Source: an uncultured Candidatus Saccharibacteria bacterium
GTDB taxonomy: Bacteria > Patescibacteriota > Saccharimonadia > Saccharimonadales > Saccharimonadaceae
Direction: 5' to 3'
Assembly (NCBI GenBank): GCA_947253945.1
Contig: CAMYAY010000003.1
Coordinates: 22,664 to 86,663, forward strand
Length of the DNA stretch: 64,000 nucleotides
A program made the translations under genes and the position numbers. Shown one piece after another: positions 10,082-19,132 of the stretch; within the stretch, counting starts at the first letter, position 1; every line of letters begins with the position of its first letter. The notes under the pieces are model-generated. The model did not search any database and was not told the DNA's origin. It saw only the letters and a list, made by a program, of their open reading frames with translations.

Positions 10082-11038
10082 TTAGTGGCCGGGCTGTGGT
10101 TGTGGCGGCTGCTGTTGTGAATTGAGTTGGACGCAAGGCGCAGAACCGGCAATGCTCGGGTTGCTGGCGCAGAGCGTGACAGCGAGGCTGTGCATGTTGT
10201 CTGAGATAGCCTTGTCGGAATTAATCTTGTTCTGGAAGTCGCCGTTCTGCTTGGTAAGGTCGGCAATCTTCTTGTTCTGGTCGTCGATGTTCTTTTGTTT
10301 CTCGTCAAGCTGCTGCTTGGCTTCGTCGTTCTTCTTGGTGAGGTCAGCAATTTTGGCTTGCAAGGCGTCAAACTGAGTTGAAGTCTTGGTGCTGGTGTTG
10401 GTCTTGTCGCTCAAGTAGTCTTTTGACTGGGCGAGCTTAGCCCGGGCGTCAGCTAGCGCAGTGGACTTCTTGTTATTATCATAGCCAAACCACACAGCCA
10501 CGCCGGTGCTCACAAGGAACAACAGGAAGAAGATGATAGTAAGTAATGAGATGGTTACTTGCTTTTGTCGTGGTGGGGTGAGTTTTGGTGGTTTTTTCTG
10601 GTTGTCGGCGGCTTGCGCGGCTTGGTCGAAGAGGTTAGCACTCTGGTCGTCGTCAGCAGGAGTTGTGTCGTCTTCTGGCGGTAAGACGTTGGTGTTTGCT
10701 TCGCTTGGCGTGGCAAGCGGGTTGTTTAATGGGTCTTGATTTGGTGCAGCGTTAAGGTCGCTAAAATCAGGTGCCGCTGGGGTGTCTGGAAAACTGGTTA
10801 AGCCGGGCGCCACTGGTGCGCTTGGGGCTGGTTGTTCGATTGACTGTGGTTGCTCAACTGCATCTGGTGCCTCTGGTAGCTCGGGCTGCATTACGCCATC
10901 CATCGTCATGCGGCGGTTTAAGCGGCGGCCTAGACCATCATTGCCGGCCAAAAAATTGTCCGGATGCGGGTCGTTTGCTAAATCACTATCAGACAGCGGC
11001 CTCGCCAGCGCCGGTTTGAAAGGGTCATTATTTCTCAT
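10082..11038 (-). CDS. Membrane-anchored protein with a Pro-rich N-terminus, one TM segment and an extracytoplasmic coiled coil
   Basis: TM segment ISLLTIIFFLLFLVSTGVAVWF. The downstream half has heptad periodicity (KIADLTKKNDEAKQQLDEKQKNIDDQNKKIADL). Confidence 0.45.
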   Translation of the reverse strand: MRNNDPFKPALARPLSDSDLANDPHPDNFLAGNDGLGRRLNRRMTMDGVMQPELPEAPDAVEQPQSIEQPAPSAPVAPGLTSFPDTPAAPDFSDLNAAPNQDPLNNPLATPSEANTNVLPPEDDTTPADDDQSANLFDQAAQAADNQKKPPKLTPPRQKQVTISLLTIIFFLLFLVSTGVAVWFGYDNNKKSTALADARAKLAQSKDYLSDKTNTSTKTSTQFDALQAKIADLTKKNDEAKQQLDEKQKNIDDQNKKIADLTKQNGDFQNKINSDKAISDNMHSLAVTLCASNPSIAGSAPCVQLNSQQQPPQPQPGH

Positions 11039-11203
11039 TTATATCTAAATCTCCCACCTCATTGTTATTCTGCTTAAGATAATAACAAATTCCGCCACGC
11101 ATTGCAAGACGTTTATGGCTACTTTGGATCAATTGAGGTGCTATATGTATAAAGCGCGAGCGCTTCGGTTGACAAATTTAGCCTTTTGTGCTAATGTATA
11201 AAT

Positions 11204-11419
11204 ATGATGAAAAACCACAATAGCGAAAAAACCAATCGTGCGCCGCAGTCTGAACTAGAGCGGCAAGTGCGCGAGCGTGAGCAGCGCAAGGTGGTTGGCC
11301 AGATCGCCGTGCGCGCCGGCTTGCTCTACGATGTCAAGGCACTCGACCAGACCGAGGTTGGCCAGTTCAAGCTACCGCAGTACGACCAGCCCGCCACCAA
11401 AGCCAACAAGGCGAAATAA
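11204..11419 (+). CDS. Small basic hypothetical protein
   Basis: 71-aa ORF preceded by a tataaat element. No homology recognised. Confidence 0.25.
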   Translation: MMKNHNSEKTNRAPQSELERQVREREQRKVVGQIAVRAGLLYDVKALDQTEVGQFKLPQYDQPATKANKAK

Positions 11420-11518
11420 TTTAGATTAGAACTCGCCACACCCAGCTCTTCACTAAGGCTGGGCTTTATTTATATATAATGTATAGCAATTTTGACACAT
11501 TGAGCTTACGCCAAGTAC

Positions 11519-11546
11519 TTGACGTAAGCTCGCGGGGGGGTACAAT
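11519..11546 (+). promoter_or_regulatory. Sigma70-like promoter TTGACG-N16-TACAAT upstream of the 11608 gene, whose spacer contains a G7 homopolymer
   Basis: ttgacg taagctcgcggggggg tacaat, with the G run at about 11534-11540. The spacer is 16 nt, so one more G would give the optimal 17. Confidence 0.45.
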
Positions 11547-11607
11547 AAAAGCACATGCATTTACAAGCACTTGTTTATGTAGAGGCTAGTTTAAAGAAGG
11601 AGAGTAT

Positions 11608-13269
11608 ATGAGTAAACGCAAATACTTGAACGCTATATCGGTTGGCGTGATGGCTTTTGGTACGTTGGCGCTGGGCGTGGCATTTGTCTTGCCGGACGCT
11701 TTGGTGACTAACGCTGCGAGTGACAGTGACATTCAGAAGGAGTTGGATAGAATTGTCAAGCAGGGTGATGCGGCTTATCCTAAGTATGTGCAATACAAAA
11801 AAGTAGCTGATGAAGCGAAGGCAAAGCTAGACAAGGCTGCTGCTGATGCAGTTGCGGCTGATAAGGCGGCAGCTGATAGTAATACCATGTCTACTATAGC
11901 GTGGTTTCGACAAAATTACGTCAAGGCCTTGGATGAGGCCGAGAGCTTGCGCGCGCCAGGTTCGGCTACATATAAGGCGGCTGACGAGCTTGAGAAGTTT
12001 GACCAAGAGAAGGGCTACACCAAAAATCGCATTGAAGAAGCCTTCCTTAATAGTCTCATCAAGGCTGCCGACAAGCCAAAGCCAGCGGCAGACAAGGAGG
12101 CTCAGTTGATCGCACTAGCCGATGTCATGGACGGTATCGACGCCAAAGTCTTAACCGACAAGCAGGCAGGTGCTCTCAAGAATCACAGTGAGTACTTCCG
12201 CGGCAAGAAGGTGGTAGACGGCAGGCCGAGCAAGGTTCTTGAAGATATCAATGACGCTATTAAGCACGCTGCTGGTGCCGAGCGCAGAGCAGAAGGTGAG
12301 GGTATGTCTAGCGATTCTAAAACCTCAGGCTGGGGCTACAGCCAGCCAGTCCTCAGTGTGTGTGGTGCGACGCGTTACGATGAGAAGGCTTGGGCCTACG
12401 CAACTTACAAAGGCTTTGGAAAAGAGGGAACTGCGCATGTCGCTAGGGTCAATCAGGACTTCGCGATGTTTATGCAAAATGTGGAAGACCGCTTCCATGC
12501 CGTGCTTGATGGTAAGTTAGACAAGGCTGCCCTCACTACTCAGCGTGACCAAGCTAGGCAAGCCTACGAGAAGGTAGCTGCAGAGTTTGCCCAGAAGGAA
12601 AAGGCGGCGCAAGATGCTTGTACCGCTGCTAAGGCAACGTTTGAAGCACCAACAAGGGTAACTGAGCAGTTTAGGAAGGCTAAGACAGAGGCTCCGAAGT
12701 TAGCTGCTAAGGCTAAGGCGGCGCATGCTGCAGTATTGCCGCTAGCAGTTGCGGAATGGGATGCTGCTACTAACTTGCGCCCGTATGCTGAGGAAGTTAG
12801 CTCGCTCAAGGAACAGCTAGCAAAACTAGCTGAGGGTAAGGGGCTTAACTTTGTTGCTAAGCAGATTCGTAGTAGCAAGAATTCAACCTTTGCTGCACTA
12901 GCAAATCTAGTACGCGAGGGTCTAAGGGCTGCTACTCCAACTCCGGCTCCAACCCCAGCTGATGATAGCGATGACCATCTATTGGATTACCCGCAGCTTC
13001 CAGATAATAACGACTATGACCTAAGTGATTACATGGGGCTAGGTAAGTACGAGGGCACTAATAAGGAGAATGGTTCAGAGAAGAACACTCCGAACAAGCC
13101 GGCCGAGAAGGGCGATAAGACCATTGAGGTTACCCCAGAGAGCAATAAGCAGCCTAACGCTGACCAGGACGCTACTAAGAATGCTCCTAAGGACACTCCT
13201 CAGGGGCAACAGCAGGTCAAGAAGGGTCACCATAAGTACGGTGCACCTAACACCGGTTACAAATTCTAG
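11608..13269 (+). CDS. Secreted Ala/Lys-rich surface protein
   Basis: GAAGGAG SD. Signal peptide MSKRKYLNAISVGVMAFGTLALGVAFVLP. Long Ala/Lys-rich helical repeats and a Pro/Thr-rich C-terminus. A terminator follows at about 13296-13330. Confidence 0.55.
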   Translation: MSKRKYLNAISVGVMAFGTLALGVAFVLPDALVTNAASDSDIQKELDRIVKQGDAAYPKYVQYKKVADEAKAKLDKAAADAVAADKAAADSNTMSTIAWFRQNYVKALDEAESLRAPGSATYKAADELEKFDQEKGYTKNRIEEAFLNSLIKAADKPKPAADKEAQLIALADVMDGIDAKVLTDKQAGALKNHSEYFRGKKVVDGRPSKVLEDINDAIKHAAGAERRAEGEGMSSDSKTSGWGYSQPVLSVCGATRYDEKAWAYATYKGFGKEGTAHVARVNQDFAMFMQNVEDRFHAVLDGKLDKAALTTQRDQARQAYEKVAAEFAQKEKAAQDACTAAKATFEAPTRVTEQFRKAKTEAPKLAAKAKAAHAAVLPLAVAEWDAATNLRPYAEEVSSLKEQLAKLAEGKGLNFVAKQIRSSKNSTFAALANLVREGLRAATPTPAPTPADDSDDHLLDYPQLPDNNDYDLSDYMGLGKYEGTNKENGSEKNTPNKPAEKGDKTIEVTPESNKQPNADQDATKNAPKDTPQGQQQVKKGHHKYGAPNTGYKF

Positions 13270-13406
13270 TCTAGCCTATAGCTAACTTTGCGAACACTGT
13301 CCGCCACTCTGTAATGGGGTGGCGGTTTTGACTATTGCACTAATGTTTATGTGGCGATATAATGAAAGCATTAGTGGAGACACTAAGAGAAAATAAAAGG
13401 AGTAAT

Positions 13407-14021
13407 ATGAAATTAGTAAAATCTTTTCCGCTTCTAGCCATGGGCGTGTTGGCTTTTGGCTTGGTTGGTGTGGCTGCGTTGGCGCCGGTTGCTAATGCAG
13501 CTAAGCCGAACCCTGGTGCTAGACCTTCTAATCAGGTTGAGGGTAATAAAAGCGGTCAGCAAACAGTCGAGACGGTAATACCGATGAATTTGGGCATTAA
13601 TTTAAGCGCTGGCAGCGAGTTAATCCAGGGCAAACCGGGCGAAATCAGCAAATTTGCTGAGGGTAATGTGACGAGCAACGCGATTGATGGTTACACTGTG
13701 ACGCTTAAAGACCAAGATGAAGACAACTCTCTGAAGCTTAACGGCACCGACGCGCAGCATACCATACCGGCCGTCGATAATGTGACTGCTGCTGGCGTCA
13801 CCAAGGGCTGGAATATCTTGCTTGGCGACCAGCCGCGTAAGGTACCTACCTCTAAAGAGACGCCGCTAACAGTTGATAGCACCAAGAAACCGGGTGACGG
13901 TAAGTTTTACATCCGTTACAACTTTAAGGCTGATAATTCAGTGCAAAATGGTACCTATAGCGACACAGTGGTATTTACCGTAACGTCAAACTTCGCTACT
14001 GCTATCGCGGAATACAAATAG
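13407..14021 (+). CDS. Secreted single-domain protein, a distant stand-alone relative of the family N-terminal module
   Basis: AAAGGAG SD. Signal MKLVKSFPLLAMGVLAFGLVGVAALAPVANA. Single beta-rich domain ending NGTYSDTVVFTVTSNF (compare AGRYSTQVVYTVT in the family) and containing GWNIL (compare QWGY). Confidence 0.5.
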   Translation: MKLVKSFPLLAMGVLAFGLVGVAALAPVANAAKPNPGARPSNQVEGNKSGQQTVETVIPMNLGINLSAGSELIQGKPGEISKFAEGNVTSNAIDGYTVTLKDQDEDNSLKLNGTDAQHTIPAVDNVTAAGVTKGWNILLGDQPRKVPTSKETPLTVDSTKKPGDGKFYIRYNFKADNSVQNGTYSDTVVFTVTSNFATAIAEYK

Positions 14022-14319
14022 AGCTTGACCGCATCGTAGCTTCTGGTGTGCTCGAGCCTCTAGCGCCTCGCGTATCATCTTGAAATATTCTAATAAGGCA
14101 GATTCTATAGACATTATCCTTAAGATTTGACGCTTAAGCCCGATGCCAGCAGGGAATCTGCTTTATTTTTGGTAGTTAGACCTTATTATTTACTATTTCA
14201 TAAAATTGTTCCACAAAACTCTTGTATTTATAACCGTAAGTGCTACAATGTTGGTATATACAAAAGAGTATAAAAACGGAGGACAAAACAATATGAACAT
14301 ACTAAGACTAAACAGCTGC

Positions 14320-14328
14320 GGGGGGGGG
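14320..14328 (+). repeat. Poly-G tract (G9 as read) in the 5' leader of family member B. Candidate slipped-strand phase-variation switch, currently OFF.
   Basis: ATG at 14293 has a GGAGGA SD, but the reading MNILRLNSCGGG hits TAG straight after the tract. With G8 it reads through into the 14420 ORF frame. Confidence 0.6.
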
Positions 14329-14419
14329 TAGATTTTTAAGCCCTCTACTCCAAATTACTAAAAGTAGGGGTAAAATAGCCGGTGCCGCTAAGTGGAACTT
14401 ATATTATTGTCTAGCATTT

Positions 14420-15730
14420 TTGTCCATAGCAGGTTTGGCAGGGGTATTTTTGCCATTGCCAGCAATGGCTGATGATTCAATCGATATTTCCGTTGACCCA
14501 GATGTTAGTTTGATTAAGCACGGTAATCTATATAAGACTACCGTTGGTATAACTGTTGGTGCAGAAGAGCCATATGGATTTAATATCTCCATGCAGGCTG
14601 CCGACTCTAGTTTGTCTAATAGCATAGACAAGAGCCATAAAATAACGTCTACACAAAGCGATACACCGGTTGAACTAGGGGCCAATCAGTGGGGGTACGC
14701 ATTAGATAACAATGCGGGTAAATTTAGCAAAATTCCTAGTAGCTCAGAGAGTGTGGCTAATATAGTGGATGTTACTAAAGATAATTTGTCCGGGTGTAAA
14801 AGTGTAAAATTCTGCACCAAGCGGGTTACTTATGCTGCCAATATTGATGCAGCTAAGTTGTCAGCTGGTAATTATAGTACCAGTATTACTTATACGGCCA
14901 CAGCAAAGGCGGCCCCTGCGCCAGTTCCAACTCCGCCAGCACCTGAGCCGTATGTGCCGCCGGCACCAAAAAGTAATGGCTGTCGTCAGGGCAGTTCTAA
15001 CTGTTCTATTCATATACCTAGGCAAGGTTACGATGCTAGCTCTAGCTACGTCTATGATAATTACTATGGCTGTTCATCTTTAGGTGGAGACTATGGTGTT
15101 GAAAGAGCATGCAAAGACCATCGTAGATCTTATGATAACAATATGTTGTCTTTGGATTCGCTTTTGCCGGTAAAACGAGAAGGTGGTGAATGGGTGTCGG
15201 TTCCGTCTTCTAATGATGATGACTATAATTATGACGGTACCAGTGGCAATAAATGGACATATATTGCTGTTATAGATAATGATGATAAACGTAGGCTGTA
15301 TTTCCAGAAAAAAACAGTGGTTGATTTAAAATATGTTACCGCAATTTATACATATGTACCACGCTATAAGATGGAAGATGGCAAAGTGGTGTTTTGTAAA
15401 CAAGCGGATTTCGCTAGTTGTGAGGGCCGACACGATTTTTATGGGGTGTTTAGTGATGCAACTGTAACGAATTATACGGATGGGTTTTGGGTTGATCTTA
15501 AGAGTGTGATGGGATGTAGCTATATGATGCCGAGCACTACGATGTATTCCTTTAACCATAACACTGTATATGATGATCATCTTCTGAATAGCTATGTTTT
15601 TGTAGAAAGGGATTATGGGTCATTTAAAGAGTATGGCGCTAATTACTATAGTGATTATAGGAATACTGATAGCCCTATTGAAACTACAGCAAAAGATCTT
15701 GCCAAAGCTATTGGTTCGCCATGCTATTAG
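14420..15730 (+). CDS. Secreted surface-protein family member B (N-terminal ANQWGY module, Cys/Tyr/Asp-rich C-terminus). Phase-OFF; the ON form would start at 14293.
   Basis: The ORF-track start is a TTG without an SD. The upstream frame with G8 gives MNILRLNSCGGGRFLSPLLQITKSRGKIAGAAKWNLYYCLAFLSIAGLAGVFLPLPAMA, an extended signal peptide. The N-domain motifs YGFNISMQA, ANQWGYAL and AGNYSTSITYTATAKAAPAP are present. Confidence 0.6.
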   Translation: MSIAGLAGVFLPLPAMADDSIDISVDPDVSLIKHGNLYKTTVGITVGAEEPYGFNISMQAADSSLSNSIDKSHKITSTQSDTPVELGANQWGYALDNNAGKFSKIPSSSESVANIVDVTKDNLSGCKSVKFCTKRVTYAANIDAAKLSAGNYSTSITYTATAKAAPAPVPTPPAPEPYVPPAPKSNGCRQGSSNCSIHIPRQGYDASSSYVYDNYYGCSSLGGDYGVERACKDHRRSYDNNMLSLDSLLPVKREGGEWVSVPSSNDDDYNYDGTSGNKWTYIAVIDNDDKRRLYFQKKTVVDLKYVTAIYTYVPRYKMEDGKVVFCKQADFASCEGRHDFYGVFSDATVTNYTDGFWVDLKSVMGCSYMMPSTTMYSFNHNTVYDDHLLNSYVFVERDYGSFKEYGANYYSDYRNTDSPIETTAKDLAKAIGSPCY

Positions 15731-15910
15731 AATTAGCTGGTGTAAGATAGCGGATTATAATCATACGGCATAATATCCGTAGCGGAACCCAAAAATCCTA
15801 AATGTATTGAACTAATGCAACCAGCTTGACGGATGGCGGGGGAATATGGTACTATGGTCTAGGTAAGTTAATAATAAATCAGCTATCCACGGAACTCCTG
15901 ATTACTCGGG

Positions 15911-16669
15911 GTGGGTAGCGCAGGAAAGGAGTTTGAGGTGTCAAACGTTGACATTAAACAGCTATTTGAAGCTGGTGCCCACTTCGGTCACAAGACCGCT
16001 CGGTGGAACCCGCGCATGGCGCAATATATTTACGGCAAAAAGGACGGTGTACATATCATCGACCTCGAGAAGACTGTAGCGCAGATTGAGGCTGCTCAAA
16101 AGTTTGTTGAGAGCGTAGCTGAGCGTGGTCGCCAAGTGCTATTTGTCGGCACGAAGCAGCAGGCAAAAGAGGTAACTGCCGAGGCTGCAACTGCTGCCGG
16201 TATGCCTTATGTTACCGAGCGCTGGCTTGGTGGTATGCTAACCAACCAGACCACCGTGGTTGCACAGATTAAGAAGCTAAAGCTATTAGAGAAGCGCATG
16301 GCTAGCGGTGAGCTTGCCAGCCGCTACAACAAGCTCGAAGTGCAGCACTTCCAAGAGGAAATTAACGTCCTCAACACCCGTTATGGCGGCATCAAGGACA
16401 TGCACGGCAAGCCAGGCGTACTCGTGGTACTAGACGCTGTGTCAGACCGCAACGCTATCAACGAAGCTATTAAGCTAAACATCCCAGTGGTAGCCGTTTG
16501 CGACACCAACGCCGACCCGAAGGGCATCGACTATGTCATTCCAGCAAACGACGACGCAATCTCAACCTTGAAGCTTGTGGCGGGCTATCTCGCTGAATCA
16601 GCTAAGGCTGGTAAAGAGAAGTCAGCTAAGGTTGCCGAAGAGCGCAAAGCTGCCAAGGGCGACAAATAA
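15911..16669 (+). CDS. rpsB: Ribosomal protein S2
   Basis: QLFEAGAHFGHKTARWNPRM... is the S2 signature. The likely true start is GTG at about 15937, after GGAAAGGAG. Confidence 0.9.
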   Translation: MGSAGKEFEVSNVDIKQLFEAGAHFGHKTARWNPRMAQYIYGKKDGVHIIDLEKTVAQIEAAQKFVESVAERGRQVLFVGTKQQAKEVTAEAATAAGMPYVTERWLGGMLTNQTTVVAQIKKLKLLEKRMASGELASRYNKLEVQHFQEEINVLNTRYGGIKDMHGKPGVLVVLDAVSDRNAINEAIKLNIPVVAVCDTNADPKGIDYVIPANDDAISTLKLVAGYLAESAKAGKEKSAKVAEERKAAKGDK

Positions 16670-16698
16670 TTAACTAATTTAACTAAGAAGGGGAGAAA

Positions 16699-17310
16699 AT
16701 GGGCGTTACATTAGACGAAATCCGCCGCCTACGCGAATTGTCTGGCGTTGGCTTAACTGATGCAAAGAAGGCACTTGTGGCCGCCAACGGCGACTTCGAC
16801 AAGGCTTTAAAGGACATGCGCGAAAAGGGCCTCACCAAGGCTGAAAAGCGTTCCGAGCGCGAGGCGCGCGAGGGCCTTATTGAGTCCTACGTACACGGTG
16901 GCCGCATCGGCGTTATCGTGGAGCTGAACTGCGAGACCGACTTCGTGGCTCGCACCGACAACTTTAAGGAATTGGCGCACGAGATTGCCATGCAGGTTGC
17001 TGCTATGCGGCCAAAGTGGGTGTCTGAAGATGACATCCCAGCAGAGGTGAAGGCGGCCAAGCGTGAAGAACTCGTGGCTGCCGTTAAGAGCGACCCGAAG
17101 AACGCGAACAAGCCAGCCGACATTCTAGACAAGATTATCGACGGCCAGCTCGCCAAGTACTTCGGCGAACTAGTTTTGCTCGACCAGGCCTACTGGAAGG
17201 ATGACACCAAGACTATTGCCACTCTCGTCAAAGAGAATATTGCAAAGCTCGGTGAAAACATTGTGATTCGCCGCTTTGCTCGCTTTGAGCTCGGCGTCAC
17301 CGAAGACTAG
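16699..17310 (+). CDS. tsf: Elongation factor Ts
   Basis: MGVTLDEIRRLRELSGVGLTDAKKALVAANGDFDKALKDMREKG is the UBA-like N-terminus of EF-Ts. Sits in the rpsB-tsf operon with a terminator at 17361-17385. Confidence 0.9.
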   Translation: MGVTLDEIRRLRELSGVGLTDAKKALVAANGDFDKALKDMREKGLTKAEKRSEREAREGLIESYVHGGRIGVIVELNCETDFVARTDNFKELAHEIAMQVAAMRPKWVSEDDIPAEVKAAKREELVAAVKSDPKNANKPADILDKIIDGQLAKYFGELVLLDQAYWKDDTKTIATLVKENIAKLGENIVIRRFARFELGVTED

Positions 17311-17493
17311 TCTTTAGAGTCAAAGATAAGGCGCAAGCTAATTAAGCTAATTAAAACACCCCAGAATTACTGGGGTGTTTTTGTGTGGCGGGCGGGCTTG
17401 GCTGCCACGGAACAATTTGCTCGCGCGCGTATGACTCGCAGCCAAATAGGCCAATTTAAAGGCCCCCACTGAAGTGGGGGCTGGCGATAGGGG

Positions 17494-18303
17494 CTAAGCA
17501 TAATGGATGTATCTTGGCTTACTATCAGCTCTAATTAATGTTTTGTAGAAGCCGAAAGTGCACAGTGTTATTAGAGAACACACGCATTCTGCCATGTATA
17601 GATACATAATAGTCTCTGCGTAGTAGATACTGTCATCAGAAAACATCAAATAGAGTATTATGTTTTGACACAACACCACTATGATTGGCCATGCCATATA
17701 CGACATGCCATTGCCCGCGTCACGTATGCGGCGTGTGCAGAGCGCAAGCCAACATACACTGAAGTAGAGCGTTAAAGCGCATAGTATCACTGGCGACCCA
17801 ATAAATAGTCTAAACACGATGGCGTAAGCTACATCAATCAAGATACTGCCAACCCACCAAGTGAGTCGGGTAGAGCAATCGTAAAAATTCAAGAACTGCG
17901 CAAATGCTTCGCCAAGCATATTTTTTAGATTATACTGTGGTTTTTCGGTTAATATAGCACCGGCGGAAGTTTTTGGCTCAGTTGGGGTACTAGTATTCGG
18001 TTGTTCTGGCATCTCTGCCGTTGGCGCCATTGGTGGCGTTTGCGGTTGATCTGCATTGGTAGGTAGCTGCTGCTGTTGAGGCCCCGGCTGTGTCGAGTTG
18101 GCGCTTGGCGGTGCCGGTGGCTGACTTGGCATAGTAGTGCCGGTGTTAGCCGTTTGATGTGGCGGTACCGGTGGCGTAAGACGCGACATTGTCGGATTGG
18201 TCGGCGGTGCCGGCGGCTGGTTCGGTTGAACCGGTGGTTTCGGCGGCATATTTTGCTGTGTTGGCGGCGCCGGTGGCATACCTTGAAAATTGTCATTAGA
18301 CAT
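17494..18303 (-). CDS. Pro-rich N-terminus with a C-terminal DUF805-like membrane domain
   Basis: PPAPP-rich low-complexity region of about 110 aa, then TM helices with RRIRDAGNG (DUF805 has RRLHDxGxSG). Confidence 0.45.
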   Translation of the reverse strand: MSNDNFQGMPPAPPTQQNMPPKPPVQPNQPPAPPTNPTMSRLTPPVPPHQTANTGTTMPSQPPAPPSANSTQPGPQQQQLPTNADQPQTPPMAPTAEMPEQPNTSTPTEPKTSAGAILTEKPQYNLKNMLGEAFAQFLNFYDCSTRLTWWVGSILIDVAYAIVFRLFIGSPVILCALTLYFSVCWLALCTRRIRDAGNGMSYMAWPIIVVLCQNIILYLMFSDDSIYYAETIMYLYMAECVCSLITLCTFGFYKTLIRADSKPRYIHYA

Positions 18304-18430
18304 AATGTTAACTCCTAGCTAGAAGGAACATATCGGCATTTGCTGATAATGCTTTAATTGTACAATATTGCAGTGCTATTGTCAATAAGAAAGCCCCACC
18401 GAAGTGGGGCAATGCTAGTCGTTGGTCAGA

Positions 18431-19003
18431 TTAACAATCCCAATTAAATACCATGTAACGTGGTTCGTTATCTGACCGGCTTGGCTTAAATGCCGCAATG
18501 GCAAGTGGTGCAACGAGAGCGCAAGTGTTCGCAATGGCGATAACTTGGCTCAGTAGTGGGCACGGCGTGATTAATAGTACATCCATAAAATAGACTACGA
18601 TAATCGCGTGCAATGCGGTGACGCTACTAGTGGCGCCGGCGTCGCGGAGGCGGCGGGTGGTGAGCGCAATGAGGCAAATCAACAGATAAATGGTTACCGT
18701 AAAGGCAGCCATCACGATGATGCTGAGCGCCATCGACGCAATTGTGTCGATGAGCCCGAGGCGGGCAAAGCACATGTGTCTGGCTGAAATTAAGGTGGCG
18801 AGCGGAATGGTGCCCGTCACGGCAATGGCGATGAGGCCAAACCAGAATTCAAAGCGGCTTGCGCCGAGGCTAGCGTCGTGGCGAATGCAGAAGGCTTGGC
18901 TAACTAAGTTGCCAAAGGTGTGCACTGGGCGACGGCTTAAACGGATAAATCCGGCTATAGTGCGTTCGACCGGCTGGTCAGCGTGGTTAAATTGGTTGTT
19001 CAT
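18431..19003 (-). CDS. DUF805-like membrane protein
   Basis: TM helices around TTRRLRDAGATSS. Paralogous to the C-termini of the 17494 and 20128 genes. Confidence 0.45.
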   Translation of the reverse strand: MNNQFNHADQPVERTIAGFIRLSRRPVHTFGNLVSQAFCIRHDASLGASRFEFWFGLIAIAVTGTIPLATLISARHMCFARLGLIDTIASMALSIIVMAAFTVTIYLLICLIALTTRRLRDAGATSSVTALHAIIVVYFMDVLLITPCPLLSQVIAIANTCALVAPLAIAAFKPSRSDNEPRYMVFNWDC

Positions 19004-19132
19004 GAGATCAACTCCTAGTTCGTAAGGTACATTGTGGAATTACCACTAACGCTTTGAGTGTAACATATTTTAGCTAATATGTCAATAAGCCTACAGAGGT
19101 GGAGCTGAAGTTATTGAGTGTCGGCGTTTGGC

